Below, piece by piece: positions 53,143-62,152 of a stretch of 64,000 nt of DNA. The first letter of the stretch is position 1. Every line of letters starts with the position of its first letter. The notes under the pieces are model-generated. The model made no database searches and was not told the origin of the DNA. It saw only the letters and a list, made by a program, of their open reading frames with translations. The stretch lies in NCBI GenBank assembly GCA_963664225.1, contig OY760937.1:1312001-1376000 (forward strand), written 5' to 3'. The stretch comes from Verrucomicrobiia bacterium. Its GTDB lineage: Bacteria; Verrucomicrobiota; Verrucomicrobiia; Limisphaerales; UBA1319. The position numbers were made by a program, and so were the translations under genes.

Positions 53143-54641
53143 AAACAGGGCTGCCACTCTATGCAAAGATCCTGATCTGGTTTTTTCTGAACCTGCTTCT
53201 GCTGGTTCTGGCCTTTTGGATTGGCATACGCGCGCAGTTTTACTCAGGACTGGACACGCTGCTGTCCGCGCGGGCGGGTGAGCGAATGCAGGTGGTGGGA
53301 GATCTGGCGGGGAGTGAGTTGCGCGACGCTCCTGTATCCGAATGGGATCGCGTTCTGGCCCGGATCAGCGCGGCTTATAAGGTGCAACTGTTTCTTTTGG
53401 ATGGGGCCGGGAAGGTGTTGGCGGGCGGATCTGTTTCCCTGCCAGCGGCGGTATTGAAGAGGATGGGCGCGGTGGCACCAGCGGTTGCGACCCGGCCGCG
53501 CGGCAGAGGTGGGCCACCTTGGGCGACGGCCGGCACCACCGCGACCGAAGGGGTGGGAATGGGGATGGGGATGGGGATGGGGATGGGGGGCGGCGCGGGG
53601 CTGGGGAGAGAATTCAAGTTTTTCATTCGCACGGACAGCCCAACCCGCTACTGGGCGGGGGTGAGATTGCCAGCCGTGGCGGCGGGCCATCCTGAGTGGC
53701 GTCCCATTACACTTGTGGCCGTATCGGACTCGATGAGCGGTGGTGGGCTATTTTTCGATGTTGGATCTTGGCTGGCCGTGGCCGGTGCGGTGGTCGTTCT
53801 CTCATCACTTTTCTGGCTGCCGCTGGTGCGAGGCATTACGCGTGCCACAAGCCTCATGACGAATGCCACCGGGCAGATGGCCGAGGGACATTTGGAAACC
53901 CGGGTAGAACTGCGCCGGAACGATGAATTGGGGCGGCTTGCGCAATCGATCAACCGAATGGCAGGTCGTCTTGAGACTTACGTTTCCGGTCAGCGCCAGT
54001 TTCTGGGGGCCACGGCACATGAATTATGCTCGCCGCTGGCACGCATGCAGGTCGCGCTGGGGATTCTCGAACAGCGCGCCGCTCCTGAGGATCGGGAACG
54101 CTTGATGGATTTGCGTGAGGACGTCGATTCCATGTCGCGAATGGTTCATGAATTACTCTCGTTTTCCAAAGCGTCCTTTGGCACCGCCGCAGTTCAACTT
54201 CAGTCGATTCCGCTGTTATCCGCTGTTGAACGCACCGTTCAGAGGGAGGTGCCACCGGTAACGCCCGTCCAGATTCGCATCCCCGAAAATCTTGCGGTAA
54301 TGGCCGAACCGGACCTGCTGCAACGCGCATTGGGTAACATTCTGCGCAATGCAGTCCGTTACGCTGGTAGCGCAGGACCTGTCATCATCACGGCGGAGAA
54401 GAGCGCAGGCGGTGTGTCTTTGTGCATTGCGGACTGCGGGCCGGGTGTGCCTGAGGAGGCGCTGCCCTTGTTGTTCGATCCATTTTACCGTGTGGAAAGC
54501 TCGCGTTCGAGAGATACGGGCGGGGCGGGGCTTGGCCTGACGATCGTGAAAACTTGTGTCGAAGCCTGTGGAGGTTCCGTGAGTTGCCGTAACCGGAAAC
54601 CGACTGGTTTTGAAGTTCTGGTCAGGTTAGCCGTTATTTGA
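53139..54641 (+). CDS. HAMP-containing sensor histidine kinase
   Basis: Two TMs, HAMP (DELG.LA...N.M), HELCSPL, NA.RY, D.GPG, GAGLGL. Confidence 0.95.
   Translation: MKTGLPLYAKILIWFFLNLLLLVLAFWIGIRAQFYSGLDTLLSARAGERMQVVGDLAGSELRDAPVSEWDRVLARISAAYKVQLFLLDGAGKVLAGGSVSLPAAVLKRMGAVAPAVATRPRGRGGPPWATAGTTATEGVGMGMGMGMGMGGGAGLGREFKFFIRTDSPTRYWAGVRLPAVAAGHPEWRPITLVAVSDSMSGGGLFFDVGSWLAVAGAVVVLSSLFWLPLVRGITRATSLMTNATGQMAEGHLETRVELRRNDELGRLAQSINRMAGRLETYVSGQRQFLGATAHELCSPLARMQVALGILEQRAAPEDRERLMDLREDVDSMSRMVHELLSFSKASFGTAAVQLQSIPLLSAVERTVQREVPPVTPVQIRIPENLAVMAEPDLLQRALGNILRNAVRYAGSAGPVIITAEKSAGGVSLCIADCGPGVPEEALPLLFDPFYRVESSRSRDTGGAGLGLTIVKTCVEACGGSVSCRNRKPTGFEVLVRLAVI
53559..53588 (+). repeat. (ATGGGG)5 coding microsatellite encoding (Met-Gly)5
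   Basis: Five exact hexamer copies in the inter-TM sensor loop. Confidence 0.9.
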
Positions 54642-54728
54642 GGACCGAAAACTGGGTGCACCAGTTACCAAAATCTCGATCAATTCCGTGAGCAGGAATT
54701 AACCTCCAAAATCTGCCGAGGAGGAACT

Positions 54729-54748
54729 TTTACAATTCCTTTACAATT
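54729..54748 (+). promoter_or_regulatory. OmpR-type direct repeat TTTACAATT x2 (11-bp period)
   Basis: TTTACAATTCC-TTTACAATT between the HK gene and the downstream secreted-protein gene. Confidence 0.6.
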
Positions 54749-54874
54749 TTCCCAGGTTTTCCACACACAAGCTTTACGTGGAGGGAGTCTGTTTATGTTG
54801 AAGCCAGCAACCGGGCGCTGATTAGGCGAACAGCGGCGGACTGGTAAAAAGAAATAACGAACAACATTACTATC

Positions 54875-55408
54875 ATGAAAACAAAGATTTCATTCATCCT
54901 GAGTCTGGCATTTGCTGCGGGCGTGCTCGCGGTTCAGGCCCAAAACACTCCAGCCCAGTCCCCAAGTCCCACAATTACACGGGGCCCGGTCTGGCGTCTG
55001 ACCCCCGAACAACGGGCTGAACGTCAGCAATTCATCCAGGCAACCGTTTTGGACCTGCAGGCCAGGCGGGACAACGGAACCATCAATGCCAATGAAAAAG
55101 CATGGTTGGACCGCATGGAACAAGCCGGAGGCCTTTGTGCTAACGGTGTTCCGCGGGGTGGTGGCCGGGGCGCCGGGCTTGGCCCTCGAAACGGCACCGG
55201 CCCTGGGGCTCAACTCGGAATATGTCCACTGGTTAACGGTTCGCCAGCAGTATCGACTCGTGCGACAGGTTTCCGTGGCCGCGGTTGTGGCATGGGATGG
55301 CGGGGAGGTTGTGGACGTGGCCAGGGTGGAGGTTTTGGGATGCGGAATGGCACAGGGCCGCGTGCCCAGGACGGAACCTGTCCGTTATTGGCACCGGTGA
55401 CGAAATAA
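54875..55408 (+). CDS. Secreted protein with LTxxQ motif and Gly/Cys-rich repeats
   Basis: Signal peptide ending AVQA; LTPEQR; two RNGTGP..Q.G.CPL repeats. Confidence 0.8.
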   Translation: MKTKISFILSLAFAAGVLAVQAQNTPAQSPSPTITRGPVWRLTPEQRAERQQFIQATVLDLQARRDNGTINANEKAWLDRMEQAGGLCANGVPRGGGRGAGLGPRNGTGPGAQLGICPLVNGSPAVSTRATGFRGRGCGMGWRGGCGRGQGGGFGMRNGTGPRAQDGTCPLLAPVTK

Positions 55409-55515
55409 CTGGCCCACGAAACCTTCGATAACGGGTGGCATCATTCAAAGCCATCCGTTTTACGTTTTGTTGAGGAATGTTCTGTGGCAAGTCCCGCCTG
55501 AATCTCCATTAGGAC

Positions 55516-55902
55516 TTAACGCGTCTTACCGGTGGTGATTGGCGCGTTCAGGATTTTAGCGGCGCGTCCATAGGAACCCAGGTTCAAAACATTGCCATAT
55601 CCCATTCGTTTGAGCATGCCTTTGGCAATGGCGCTACGCCCGCCGCTAAGACAGTGCAGGAGTAAGCCTTGGTCCTTGTTCGGGGCGTATTGACCAATCT
55701 CATCTCTCAAATGATCGAGAGGAATGTTAATTGTGCCAGGAAGATGGCGATCCTGATATTCATCGACACCACGCACATCGATGACCTTTGCGCCTTTTTC
55801 AAGCCAATCCTTTGTTGTCTTGGGGCTGGCCAGACTCATTCTTTTCAATAGGAGAAAAATGACCACGGCAGCACCGATCAAAATCCAATAATTAGAATTC
55901 AT
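55516..55902 (-). CDS. Membrane-anchored rhodanese-domain protein
   Basis: IDVR...EY...H.PG..NIP, CLSGGRS active-site loop. Confidence 0.9.
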   Translation of the reverse strand: MNSNYWILIGAAVVIFLLLKRMSLASPKTTKDWLEKGAKVIDVRGVDEYQDRHLPGTINIPLDHLRDEIGQYAPNKDQGLLLHCLSGGRSAIAKGMLKRMGYGNVLNLGSYGRAAKILNAPITTGKTR

Positions 55903-55986
55903 TAGCATCAAAGGACGAGTCTTGGAATCTTAAGTTAAATTTACGCAGTCGGTCCTGCATTGGTTTCCGTTTGAACCGGTATCGAG

Positions 55987-56202
55987 TTATCCGATGCTGC
56001 TGCCAATCATGGTACCCATCAGCATGCCGTAAATCGTGCTGGACCAGGGATTGCTTGTAATGGGGCAAGTGCCTGTCGCACAACCGATGAATTTGTAATA
56101 GGCAAAGCCGGCAATGCCACCGATCAGTGCTCCAATGACGTATCGCATAAGTTTTTTTCTCGGTTTGGGCTGAAATGCCATGAAATCGGCATCCTTGTTC
56201 AT
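55987..56202 (-). CDS. Small membrane protein, DUF6132-like
   Basis: YYKFIGCATGTCPITSNP; start uncertain (56148-56217). Confidence 0.8.
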   Translation of the reverse strand: MNKDADFMAFQPKPRKKLMRYVIGALIGGIAGFAYYKFIGCATGTCPITSNPWSSTIYGMLMGTMIGSSIG

Positions 56203-56237
56203 TTGTTTTGGTTCCATATAAAAGAGGGGAGCCAACG

Positions 56238-56567
56238 TTACACGGCAACGACTGTGCCAGTGCTGTTCAAAAGAGCCGCCAATTGTTTTTGAGACTGGAA
56301 TCCCATCGCCTTTTGCACGACCTTGCCACCACTAAACACCAGGAGTGTTGGCACTGCGGTAATCCCATATTGCCCGGCTAGTTCGGGCGATTCGTCGATG
56401 TCCACCTTGACGACCTTGGCCTTGCCTTGAAATTCCTGTGCCACAGACTCAAGCACTGGCCCAAGCATTTTGCAGGGGCCGCACCAGGTCGCAAAGAAAT
56501 CCACCAATACGGGCATTTCGGATTTGAGGACTTCCTGGTCGAAATCGTTTTTATTTATCGCATTCAT
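56238..56567 (-). CDS. trxA: Thioredoxin
   Basis: VDFFATWCGPCK, VPT. Confidence 0.96.
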   Translation of the reverse strand: MNAINKNDFDQEVLKSEMPVLVDFFATWCGPCKMLGPVLESVAQEFQGKAKVVKVDIDESPELAGQYGITAVPTLLVFSGGKVVQKAMGFQSQKQLAALLNSTGTVVAV

Positions 56568-56600
56568 AGTTTGATTTGAATTCACCGTTACGCAATGAAT

Positions 56601-56627
56601 GGAGCCGGGAAGTGCCAAAAGGTTACA
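56601..56627 (-). promoter_or_regulatory. Putative ECF promoter TGTAAC-N16-GCTCC for trxA-DUF6132-rhodanese
   Basis: Same motif and spacing as 57339-57365. Confidence 0.65.
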
Positions 56628-56628
56628 A

Positions 56629-57261
56629 ATGATCGAATCCGATAACGATGCGGTTCTGGTGAGTCGCGCCAAAGAGGGCGATCTCGCCGCCTTCGAAGCG
56701 CTCGCCACCCGATACGAGCGGCGCGTGTATTCGCTGGCACTGCGCATACTCCGGCATGAGCAGGATGCCGAGGATGTGACGCAGCAGACCTTTCTTAATG
56801 TCCTGGAACACCTTTCCGGTTTTCGCGCGGAGTCGAGTTTTGCCACATGGTTGATGCGGATTGCGACGCATGCGGCGTTGAAGATCATCCGCAAACGCCG
56901 CGGCCTGGAAACCGTGTCTCTGGAGGAAACCACGGAGCCTCAGGACGGCTCCGACAATATTCCCCATCCTGAATACATTGCCGACTGGCGTGAATCCCCC
57001 GAGCGGCTCGTTCATCGCAATGAAACAATGCAGCTCATCGACGACGCCCTTTCTCAGTTGGATGAAAAACATCGGTTGGTGTTTCTTTTGCGCGACGTTG
57101 AGGGGCTTTCGATCCAGGAAACGGCTGAGACGCTGGACCTGAGTGAAGCCAATGTCAAAGTGCGGTTGCTGCGGGCACGGTTGCAGTTGCGCGAGATGTT
57201 GACCAAGGCTTTCGGCGATCCCAGCCGAAAGATGGTGCGCGAACATCACCATCACCAGTAA
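56629..57261 (+). CDS. ECF sigma-70 factor with His-rich C-terminus
   Basis: DAEDVTQQTF, F.TWL.RIA, L..K.R.VF.LRD.EGLS, VKVRL.RAR; ends HHHHQ. Confidence 0.94.
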   Translation: MIESDNDAVLVSRAKEGDLAAFEALATRYERRVYSLALRILRHEQDAEDVTQQTFLNVLEHLSGFRAESSFATWLMRIATHAALKIIRKRRGLETVSLEETTEPQDGSDNIPHPEYIADWRESPERLVHRNETMQLIDDALSQLDEKHRLVFLLRDVEGLSIQETAETLDLSEANVKVRLLRARLQLREMLTKAFGDPSRKMVREHHHHQ

Positions 57262-57338
57262 CAATGGCGGGCGCACCAATCGATGAAAAACCGCTATAAT
57301 CCCAAAACCTTGTTGTGTGAAAAAAGTCAGGTTTACGT

Positions 57339-57365
57339 TGTAACTATTTTGGGTCTCCGGGCTCT
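57339..57365 (+). promoter_or_regulatory. Putative ECF promoter TGTAAC-N16-GCTCT for the anti-sigma and CoA-binding genes
   Basis: Same motif and spacing as 56627-56601. Confidence 0.65.
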
Positions 57366-57388
57366 GATCCAAAAGTAAGCATGTAATT

Positions 57389-57646
57389 ATGAAATGCGAA
57401 GAACTGCTGGCGATGCTCAATGAATACGTGGACGGTTCGGTGGATCCGGCCATCTGCGACGCATTTGAGGAGCACCTGGCGGGATGCAATCCATGCCAGG
57501 TCGTCGTCGATAACATTCGGCAAACCATCACCCTTTATAAGGAAGGAAAACCCTATGAACTGCCCGTTGTCTTTCGGGAGCGCTTGCACGAGGTGCTGCG
57601 ACAGCAGTGGAAGGAAAAATACACGACACATGGAGACAAACCATGA
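57389..57646 (+). CDS. zf-HC2 anti-sigma factor (soluble)
   Basis: MKC...HLAGCNPC. Confidence 0.9.
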   Translation: MKCEELLAMLNEYVDGSVDPAICDAFEEHLAGCNPCQVVVDNIRQTITLYKEGKPYELPVVFRERLHEVLRQQWKEKYTTHGDKP

Positions 57647-58095
57647 GTGATGACTGTGAGCTGCCGATTCAAAACGCATCAGACGATGAGATTCGGCATA
57701 TTCTTGCCACAGCCAGGACCATTGCCATCGTTGGTTTGTCGCCCAATCCCGACCGTGATAGCTACCGTGTTGCGGCTTATCTTCAACAACACGGTTACAC
57801 GATTATTCCGGTTAATCCCAGTGCAACCGAAATTCTAGGCGGAAAGTCCTATCCAAGTTTGCGCGAAGTCCCGAGGCCAGTGGACATCGTGGATATTTTT
57901 AGAAAACCGGAAGCGGTGCCGGAGATTGTGGACGAAGCCATTGCCATCGGCGCCCGGGTCATATGGATGCAGTTGGGCATCGCACATTATTTAGCGGCCG
58001 ACAAGGCAAGGGCTGCCGGTCTGCAGGTGGTCATGAGCCGGTGCATCATGATTGAGCATCGAAACTTGGGGATGATTGACCGTGCGGGCGGGTAA
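57643..58095 (+). CDS. CoA-binding protein (YccU-like)
   Basis: IAIVGLS..P.R.S, PVNP, VDIVDIFR, WMQLG. Confidence 0.92.
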   Translation: MSDDCELPIQNASDDEIRHILATARTIAIVGLSPNPDRDSYRVAAYLQQHGYTIIPVNPSATEILGGKSYPSLREVPRPVDIVDIFRKPEAVPEIVDEAIAIGARVIWMQLGIAHYLAADKARAAGLQVVMSRCIMIEHRNLGMIDRAGG

Positions 58096-58238
58096 CGTCT
58101 AATTCAACCGGGACGCCGCAAAGATTAAGAAATCCCATACGAGCGAGAATTGTCCTAAATGTCCTTGGTGGCAGGGTGGCCGCGGGATGCCTATATCTTT
58201 GTTAATCGCTCTTCAGCTTGGGAACAGGCTGCAAACCA

Positions 58239-58460
58239 TCACTGGGATTTGCCATCAGCCTTTTCGGAAAACGGCTCATGGGCTTTACGGCCGTACACCC
58301 GTTCATACGCGCGGCAGAAAGGGCAAAGATGGCGTTCCACCCGGCTGGTCAGTTGGAAGGCCAGGCCCTTTTGATTCTTGCGAGCGTGCCGACATACAGG
58401 ACAGCTCAGGCACACGTTCGCCAAAGCGCAGTCGAGGTTGCTTGGAGTGTTTTGATTCAT
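58239..58460 (-). CDS. Small Cys-rich protein
   Basis: CLSCPVC and CPFC motifs, AYERVYGRKAHE; start abuts the MBL stop codon. Confidence 0.75.
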   Translation of the reverse strand: MNQNTPSNLDCALANVCLSCPVCRHARKNQKGLAFQLTSRVERHLCPFCRAYERVYGRKAHEPFSEKADGKSQ

Positions 58461-58461
58461 T

Positions 58462-59319
58462 CTAACATTTCGTCTCGTCGATTTCTAATGTGATCCGGCT
58501 TCCAGTGGAACAAGAAAAGCATTTTCCGGGGAAGGCATTCCAAAGGGCGGCGGTGGCAGCGCATCCGGTGCAATGCGCAGGACCGATGCGCTGCACTCCC
58601 ATCTGGCGCAGTGCGGCAATGGTCTGAGCGATGCGGTCAGGGGATGCTGCAAGAAGGTGCATACCGCCCATGACCGTATGGATGGGTTTTCCTTTGGTGA
58701 CCTGCTGAATGTATTGCAGCGTGTTCACCACTCCCGCATGAGCGCAGCCGAGGATTACGTTGATCCCTTGCTGGCTTTCAATAAACAGGGCTTGATCGTC
58801 AGCCAACGGATCTGGCTGGGTGCAGGCGTCATTCAGGAAGAAACGACCGCCCACGTCCTCGTAAGGGGTCGTGCGTGGAATCTGACCGGTCATGAAAACA
58901 CCTTCGTAAATTTCAGTCACACCCGTGGTCCACGTTACCAAGGATGAGCGATTTCGAATCGCGCTGGCAATTTCGACAGGCATGCCGATAGCCCGCGACG
59001 TGCCATCCTTGTCGCGAGTGTATTTGGGCTTCAAAGCGTCCGGGTGAACAAAGACGCGCGAGTTCGATGCCTGCGGCAGGAGTTCTTTCAAGCCACCATT
59101 GTGATCATAATGCCCGTGACTCAACACGATGGTGTCCAGCGTCTCCAGGGAAATACCCAGCTTTTGGGCATTGTGAAAGAGGACTTGCGTTTGGCCGACA
59201 TCCATCAGAATTCTTTGTGGGCCAGCCTCGATATAAAACGCCAATCCATGTTCAGCCAGCAGTCCGCGAGTATTGACGGTGTTTTCAATGAGTGTGGTTA
59301 CGTGGATTGGATTATTCAC
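58462..59319 (-). CDS. MBL-fold metallo-hydrolase (dihydropterin-synthase-like subgroup)
   Basis: AEHGL, SHGHYDH, GCAHAG, GGMHL, HCTG; GTG start overlaps the upstream stop codon. Confidence 0.9.
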   Translation of the reverse strand: MNNPIHVTTLIENTVNTRGLLAEHGLAFYIEAGPQRILMDVGQTQVLFHNAQKLGISLETLDTIVLSHGHYDHNGGLKELLPQASNSRVFVHPDALKPKYTRDKDGTSRAIGMPVEIASAIRNRSSLVTWTTGVTEIYEGVFMTGQIPRTTPYEDVGGRFFLNDACTQPDPLADDQALFIESQQGINVILGCAHAGVVNTLQYIQQVTKGKPIHTVMGGMHLLAASPDRIAQTIAALRQMGVQRIGPAHCTGCAATAALWNAFPGKCFSCSTGSRITLEIDETKC

Positions 59320-59762
59320 ATTGGTTTTTCCATGAATTTTGCGGTTGCGGCGGCCATCACTGAATTGGTTTGCATCAGTTCGGCACGAAGCTGATGAAGA
59401 CGGGCATTGGATTGCGCAACCCAGGCGCGAATTGTTACCTTTTCTCCTGCAGCAACGGCTTTGCGATAGCGCACTTTCAATTCTGCAGTCACCGCCACGC
59501 ATCCATAAGCGAATATGCAATTCGTCATCGCTCCATCGAGCAATGCTGCGATGACGCCCCCATGCAGCATGCCATCATATCCTTGAAACACGGAGCCACC
59601 TGTGAAAGAGCCTTCAACGCTTCCGTCCGGATTCAGCGTGTATTCAACTTTTAATCCCAGCGGATTGGCGGGACTGCATACCACGCACAAGGAATGCGTT
59701 TGCTGACGGAGTCTCTCAAGCGTATCGGCGCTGAATGGGTTTTGATTTTGCACCTGGCACAT
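59316..59762 (-). CDS. PaaI-family thioesterase with N-terminal CxxC
   Basis: CVVC..NP.GL, GY.G.LHGG..A.LD, T..L.VRY. Confidence 0.88.
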   Translation of the reverse strand: MCQVQNQNPFSADTLERLRQQTHSLCVVCSPANPLGLKVEYTLNPDGSVEGSFTGGSVFQGYDGMLHGGVIAALLDGAMTNCIFAYGCVAVTAELKVRYRKAVAAGEKVTIRAWVAQSNARLHQLRAELMQTNSVMAAATAKFMEKPM

Positions 59763-59777
59763 TTGCTGTAAACCAGT

Positions 59778-59794
59778 AGCACTGATAATGCCAC
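59778..59794 (-). promoter_or_regulatory. Sigma-54 -24/-12 promoter
   Basis: TGGCATTATCAGTGCT; GG at 59792 and GC at 59780, 12 bp apart. Confidence 0.7.
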
Positions 59795-59882
59795 ATAAAA
59801 AGCGGGAAATGATCGTGCTGCATCTTGCTGCGCATAAGATTGTTACACCTGCGTCGTTTTTAGAATACACAATGCGAAAACA

Positions 59883-59927
59883 TTGCGTATTGCCATGATT
59901 GGGCACGCCGACTCTTGCAAAATGCAA
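59883..59927. promoter_or_regulatory. Tandem putative bEBP enhancer sites
   Basis: TTGCGTATTGCCA and TTGCAAAATGCAA, 32 bp apart, ~90 bp from the sigma-54 promoter. Confidence 0.65.
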
Positions 59928-59953
59928 TGGTCGTCTTACCATGTCGCCTGAAC

Positions 59954-61288
59954 ATGCAGAACGAGTTGTTTGATTATATTCCCGACGGGGTTTTCACGGT
60001 GGACGGTAATTGGTGCATCAGCCTCTTTAATCGAGCGGCGGAGCAAATTACGGGGATTCAACGCTCCGAAGCCATTGGACGCCGTTGCTGCGATGTGTTC
60101 CGGGCCAGCATCTGTGAAAGCGCCTGCGCTCTCAAACAGACGCTTTCCACCGGTCGTCCGGTGGTGAACAAAGTCGTCTATGTGGTGGATGCCAAGGGCC
60201 AGCGCATTCCCATCAGCATCTCCACTGCCGTCCTCAAGGACGCAAATGGCAAGGTGCTCGGTGGCATTGAATGTTTCCGGGATCTGCGCGTCGTGGAGGA
60301 GCTCCATCGTCAGGCCCAGGAGCAAAACCGGTTTGCGGATATTATTGGTCGCAGCCCGGCGATGCGTCGCATTTTTGAGATCCTTCCCGAAATCTCCGAA
60401 AGCGATAGTACGGTGCTCATCGAAGGGGCCAGCGGCACGGGCAAGGAGCTGTTTGCGCGCGCGATTCACAATCTGTCCAGGCGCCGGGCGAAAAAGCTGA
60501 TTGCGATCAATTGTGGTGCCTTGCCTGATACGCTGCTGGAATCGGAGCTATTTGGATACAAAGCCGGAGCTTTCACCGATGCCCGTCGGGACAAGCCCGG
60601 TCGCTTTGCTTTGGCGGAGGGTGGCACCATCTTTCTGGATGAAATTGGCGATATTTCTCCCGCCATGCAAACGCGCCTGTTGCGGGTTCTTCAGGAGCGT
60701 GTTTACGAACCGCTTGGTTCTGTGGATTCGGTCAAGGCCAATGTCCGCGTGATCACCGCCACCAACAAATCCCTGAGCCAATTGGTGAGGGAAGGCAAGT
60801 TTCGCGAGGATCTCTACTACCGGGTCCATGTCATTCGGATCGAGTTACCCAGCATTCGCGACCGTCGGGAGGATATTCCTCTGCTCATCGAGCATTTTGT
60901 CGAGCAATTTAACCGGCGTCAGGGGAAGGATGTGGGCGGAGTGTCCGATGAAGTGCTCGCGCGACTGATGGAATACGATTTTCCGGGCAATGTGCGCGAA
61001 CTGGAAAACATCATCGAGCATGCGTTTGTATTATGCCGGGGCGGTCTGATTAAAATGCCGCACCTTCCACCTCATTTGCGCCCGGCTTCAACAGCGGATG
61101 GTTTGGAGAAAGTCGAGGGCATGACGCTGCAAGCCGCCGAGGAAATGATGGTTCTCAATGCCTTGCGGCGGAACCAGGGAAACAAAACCCGGGCGGCCAA
61201 AGAGCTGGGAATCGATGCCAGCACCTTGTTTCGGAAAATCAAAGCGTTCAAACTGGATTTGCCGGTAAAGACTGACCGCGATCAGTAA
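59954..61288 (+). CDS. Sigma-54-dependent activator (PAS-AAA+-HTH), OrpR-like
   Basis: PAS domain with C-X8-C-X3-C (CCDVFRASICESAC), GASGTGKE, GAFTDA, FLDEIG, PGNVREL, Fis-type HTH. Confidence 0.93.
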   Translation: MQNELFDYIPDGVFTVDGNWCISLFNRAAEQITGIQRSEAIGRRCCDVFRASICESACALKQTLSTGRPVVNKVVYVVDAKGQRIPISISTAVLKDANGKVLGGIECFRDLRVVEELHRQAQEQNRFADIIGRSPAMRRIFEILPEISESDSTVLIEGASGTGKELFARAIHNLSRRRAKKLIAINCGALPDTLLESELFGYKAGAFTDARRDKPGRFALAEGGTIFLDEIGDISPAMQTRLLRVLQERVYEPLGSVDSVKANVRVITATNKSLSQLVREGKFREDLYYRVHVIRIELPSIRDRREDIPLLIEHFVEQFNRRQGKDVGGVSDEVLARLMEYDFPGNVRELENIIEHAFVLCRGGLIKMPHLPPHLRPASTADGLEKVEGMTLQAAEEMMVLNALRRNQGNKTRAAKELGIDASTLFRKIKAFKLDLPVKTDRDQ

Positions 61289-61410
61289 ACCTGGTGCGAC
61301 CCATTTTACTCCGCTAACCCTCTTACAACATTTGGGATTGTCAGCAGATGGTGATGATCACTCTTTTCAAGATCTTAGACTCATTCGCACATTTCTTCGA
61401 CTATAGACTA

Positions 61411-61456
61411 TTGCATATTGCCATGATGCCATTATTCATACATGTGCAATATGCCA
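61411..61456. promoter_or_regulatory. Tandem putative bEBP enhancer sites
   Basis: TTGCATATTGCCA and GTGCAATATGCCA, 33 bp apart, 90 bp from the sigma-54 promoter. Confidence 0.65.
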
Positions 61457-61543
61457 CGGTTGTTCATGATTCAACCCGATCTTAATGTTCCCACTCTGTT
61501 GGATATTAGAATGTTGCAGAAGCACTCAATCCTAATCCCTCAT

Positions 61544-61560
61544 TTGGCATGCTTCCCGCT
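61544..61560 (+). promoter_or_regulatory. Sigma-54 -24/-12 promoter
   Basis: TTGGCATGCTTCCCGCT; GG at 61546 and GC at 61558. Confidence 0.68.
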
Positions 61561-61572
61561 TAACAGCCTGGC

Positions 61573-61995
61573 GTGACGGTTGCCATGCCAATTTGGGAAG
61601 GTCGGATTTCGCCAGTTCTGGATGTGGCGGGCCGATTCCTGATGATTCAAATTGAGAACGGTCGTGAAAAGAGCCGCCGGGAAATATTGGTGGCTGAGAC
61701 GAATCCCACGCTATTGGTCAAAGGCATCAAGGAAATGGGCGTTGGAATTTTGTTGTGCGGCGCCTTATCCGAGCCGGTTGCCTTTTTGTTGGCAAAAAAT
61801 GGCATTCGCGTCTGGCCGCATCTATGCGGGGAAGCCGAAGCCGTGCTCTACGCCTTTCTGGCGGATAAGCTGGGGCAGGCGGAATTTCGCATGCCTGGGT
61901 GCTGTCTGGGGCATTGTTTCTGCCGCCGCAACCGTTATCACCGTCGAAGCAATTTGCGGCTCAATAATCACATGGAATCGGTAGAAAAATTATGA
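61573..61995 (+). CDS. NifB/NifX (Di-Nase) family protein
   Basis: VAMP.W.GRISPV.D.A, LLCGA.S, MPGC followed by a Cys/Arg-rich tail. Confidence 0.85.
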   Translation: MTVAMPIWEGRISPVLDVAGRFLMIQIENGREKSRREILVAETNPTLLVKGIKEMGVGILLCGALSEPVAFLLAKNGIRVWPHLCGEAEAVLYAFLADKLGQAEFRMPGCCLGHCFCRRNRYHRRSNLRLNNHMESVEKL

Positions 61996-62123
61996 AGGTT
62001 GATGTTACTGCTCAAGGGCTTGATGCCGAATCGTTGGTGGATCCTCGTTTTGGAGGCGAGCCCCATTTCTGCGTGGCTGAGGTCGAACTCAGGGATTCTC
62101 CGGCCGTCCTGGCCATTCAATAA
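61992..62123 (+). pseudogene. Truncated NifB/NifX (orange-protein-like) gene
   Basis: MKVDVTAQGLDAESLVDPRFG..HF; stop after 43 aa; ATGA-coupled to the upstream gene. Confidence 0.7.
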
Positions 62124-62152
62124 GGATCGGTCGTCGTATCTCAAAACATTCT

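Noticed and set aside
53559..53588. ATGGGG repeats as regulon half-sites or a CRISPR-like array
   Set aside because: Coding Met-Gly microsatellite with no inverted half and no spacers.
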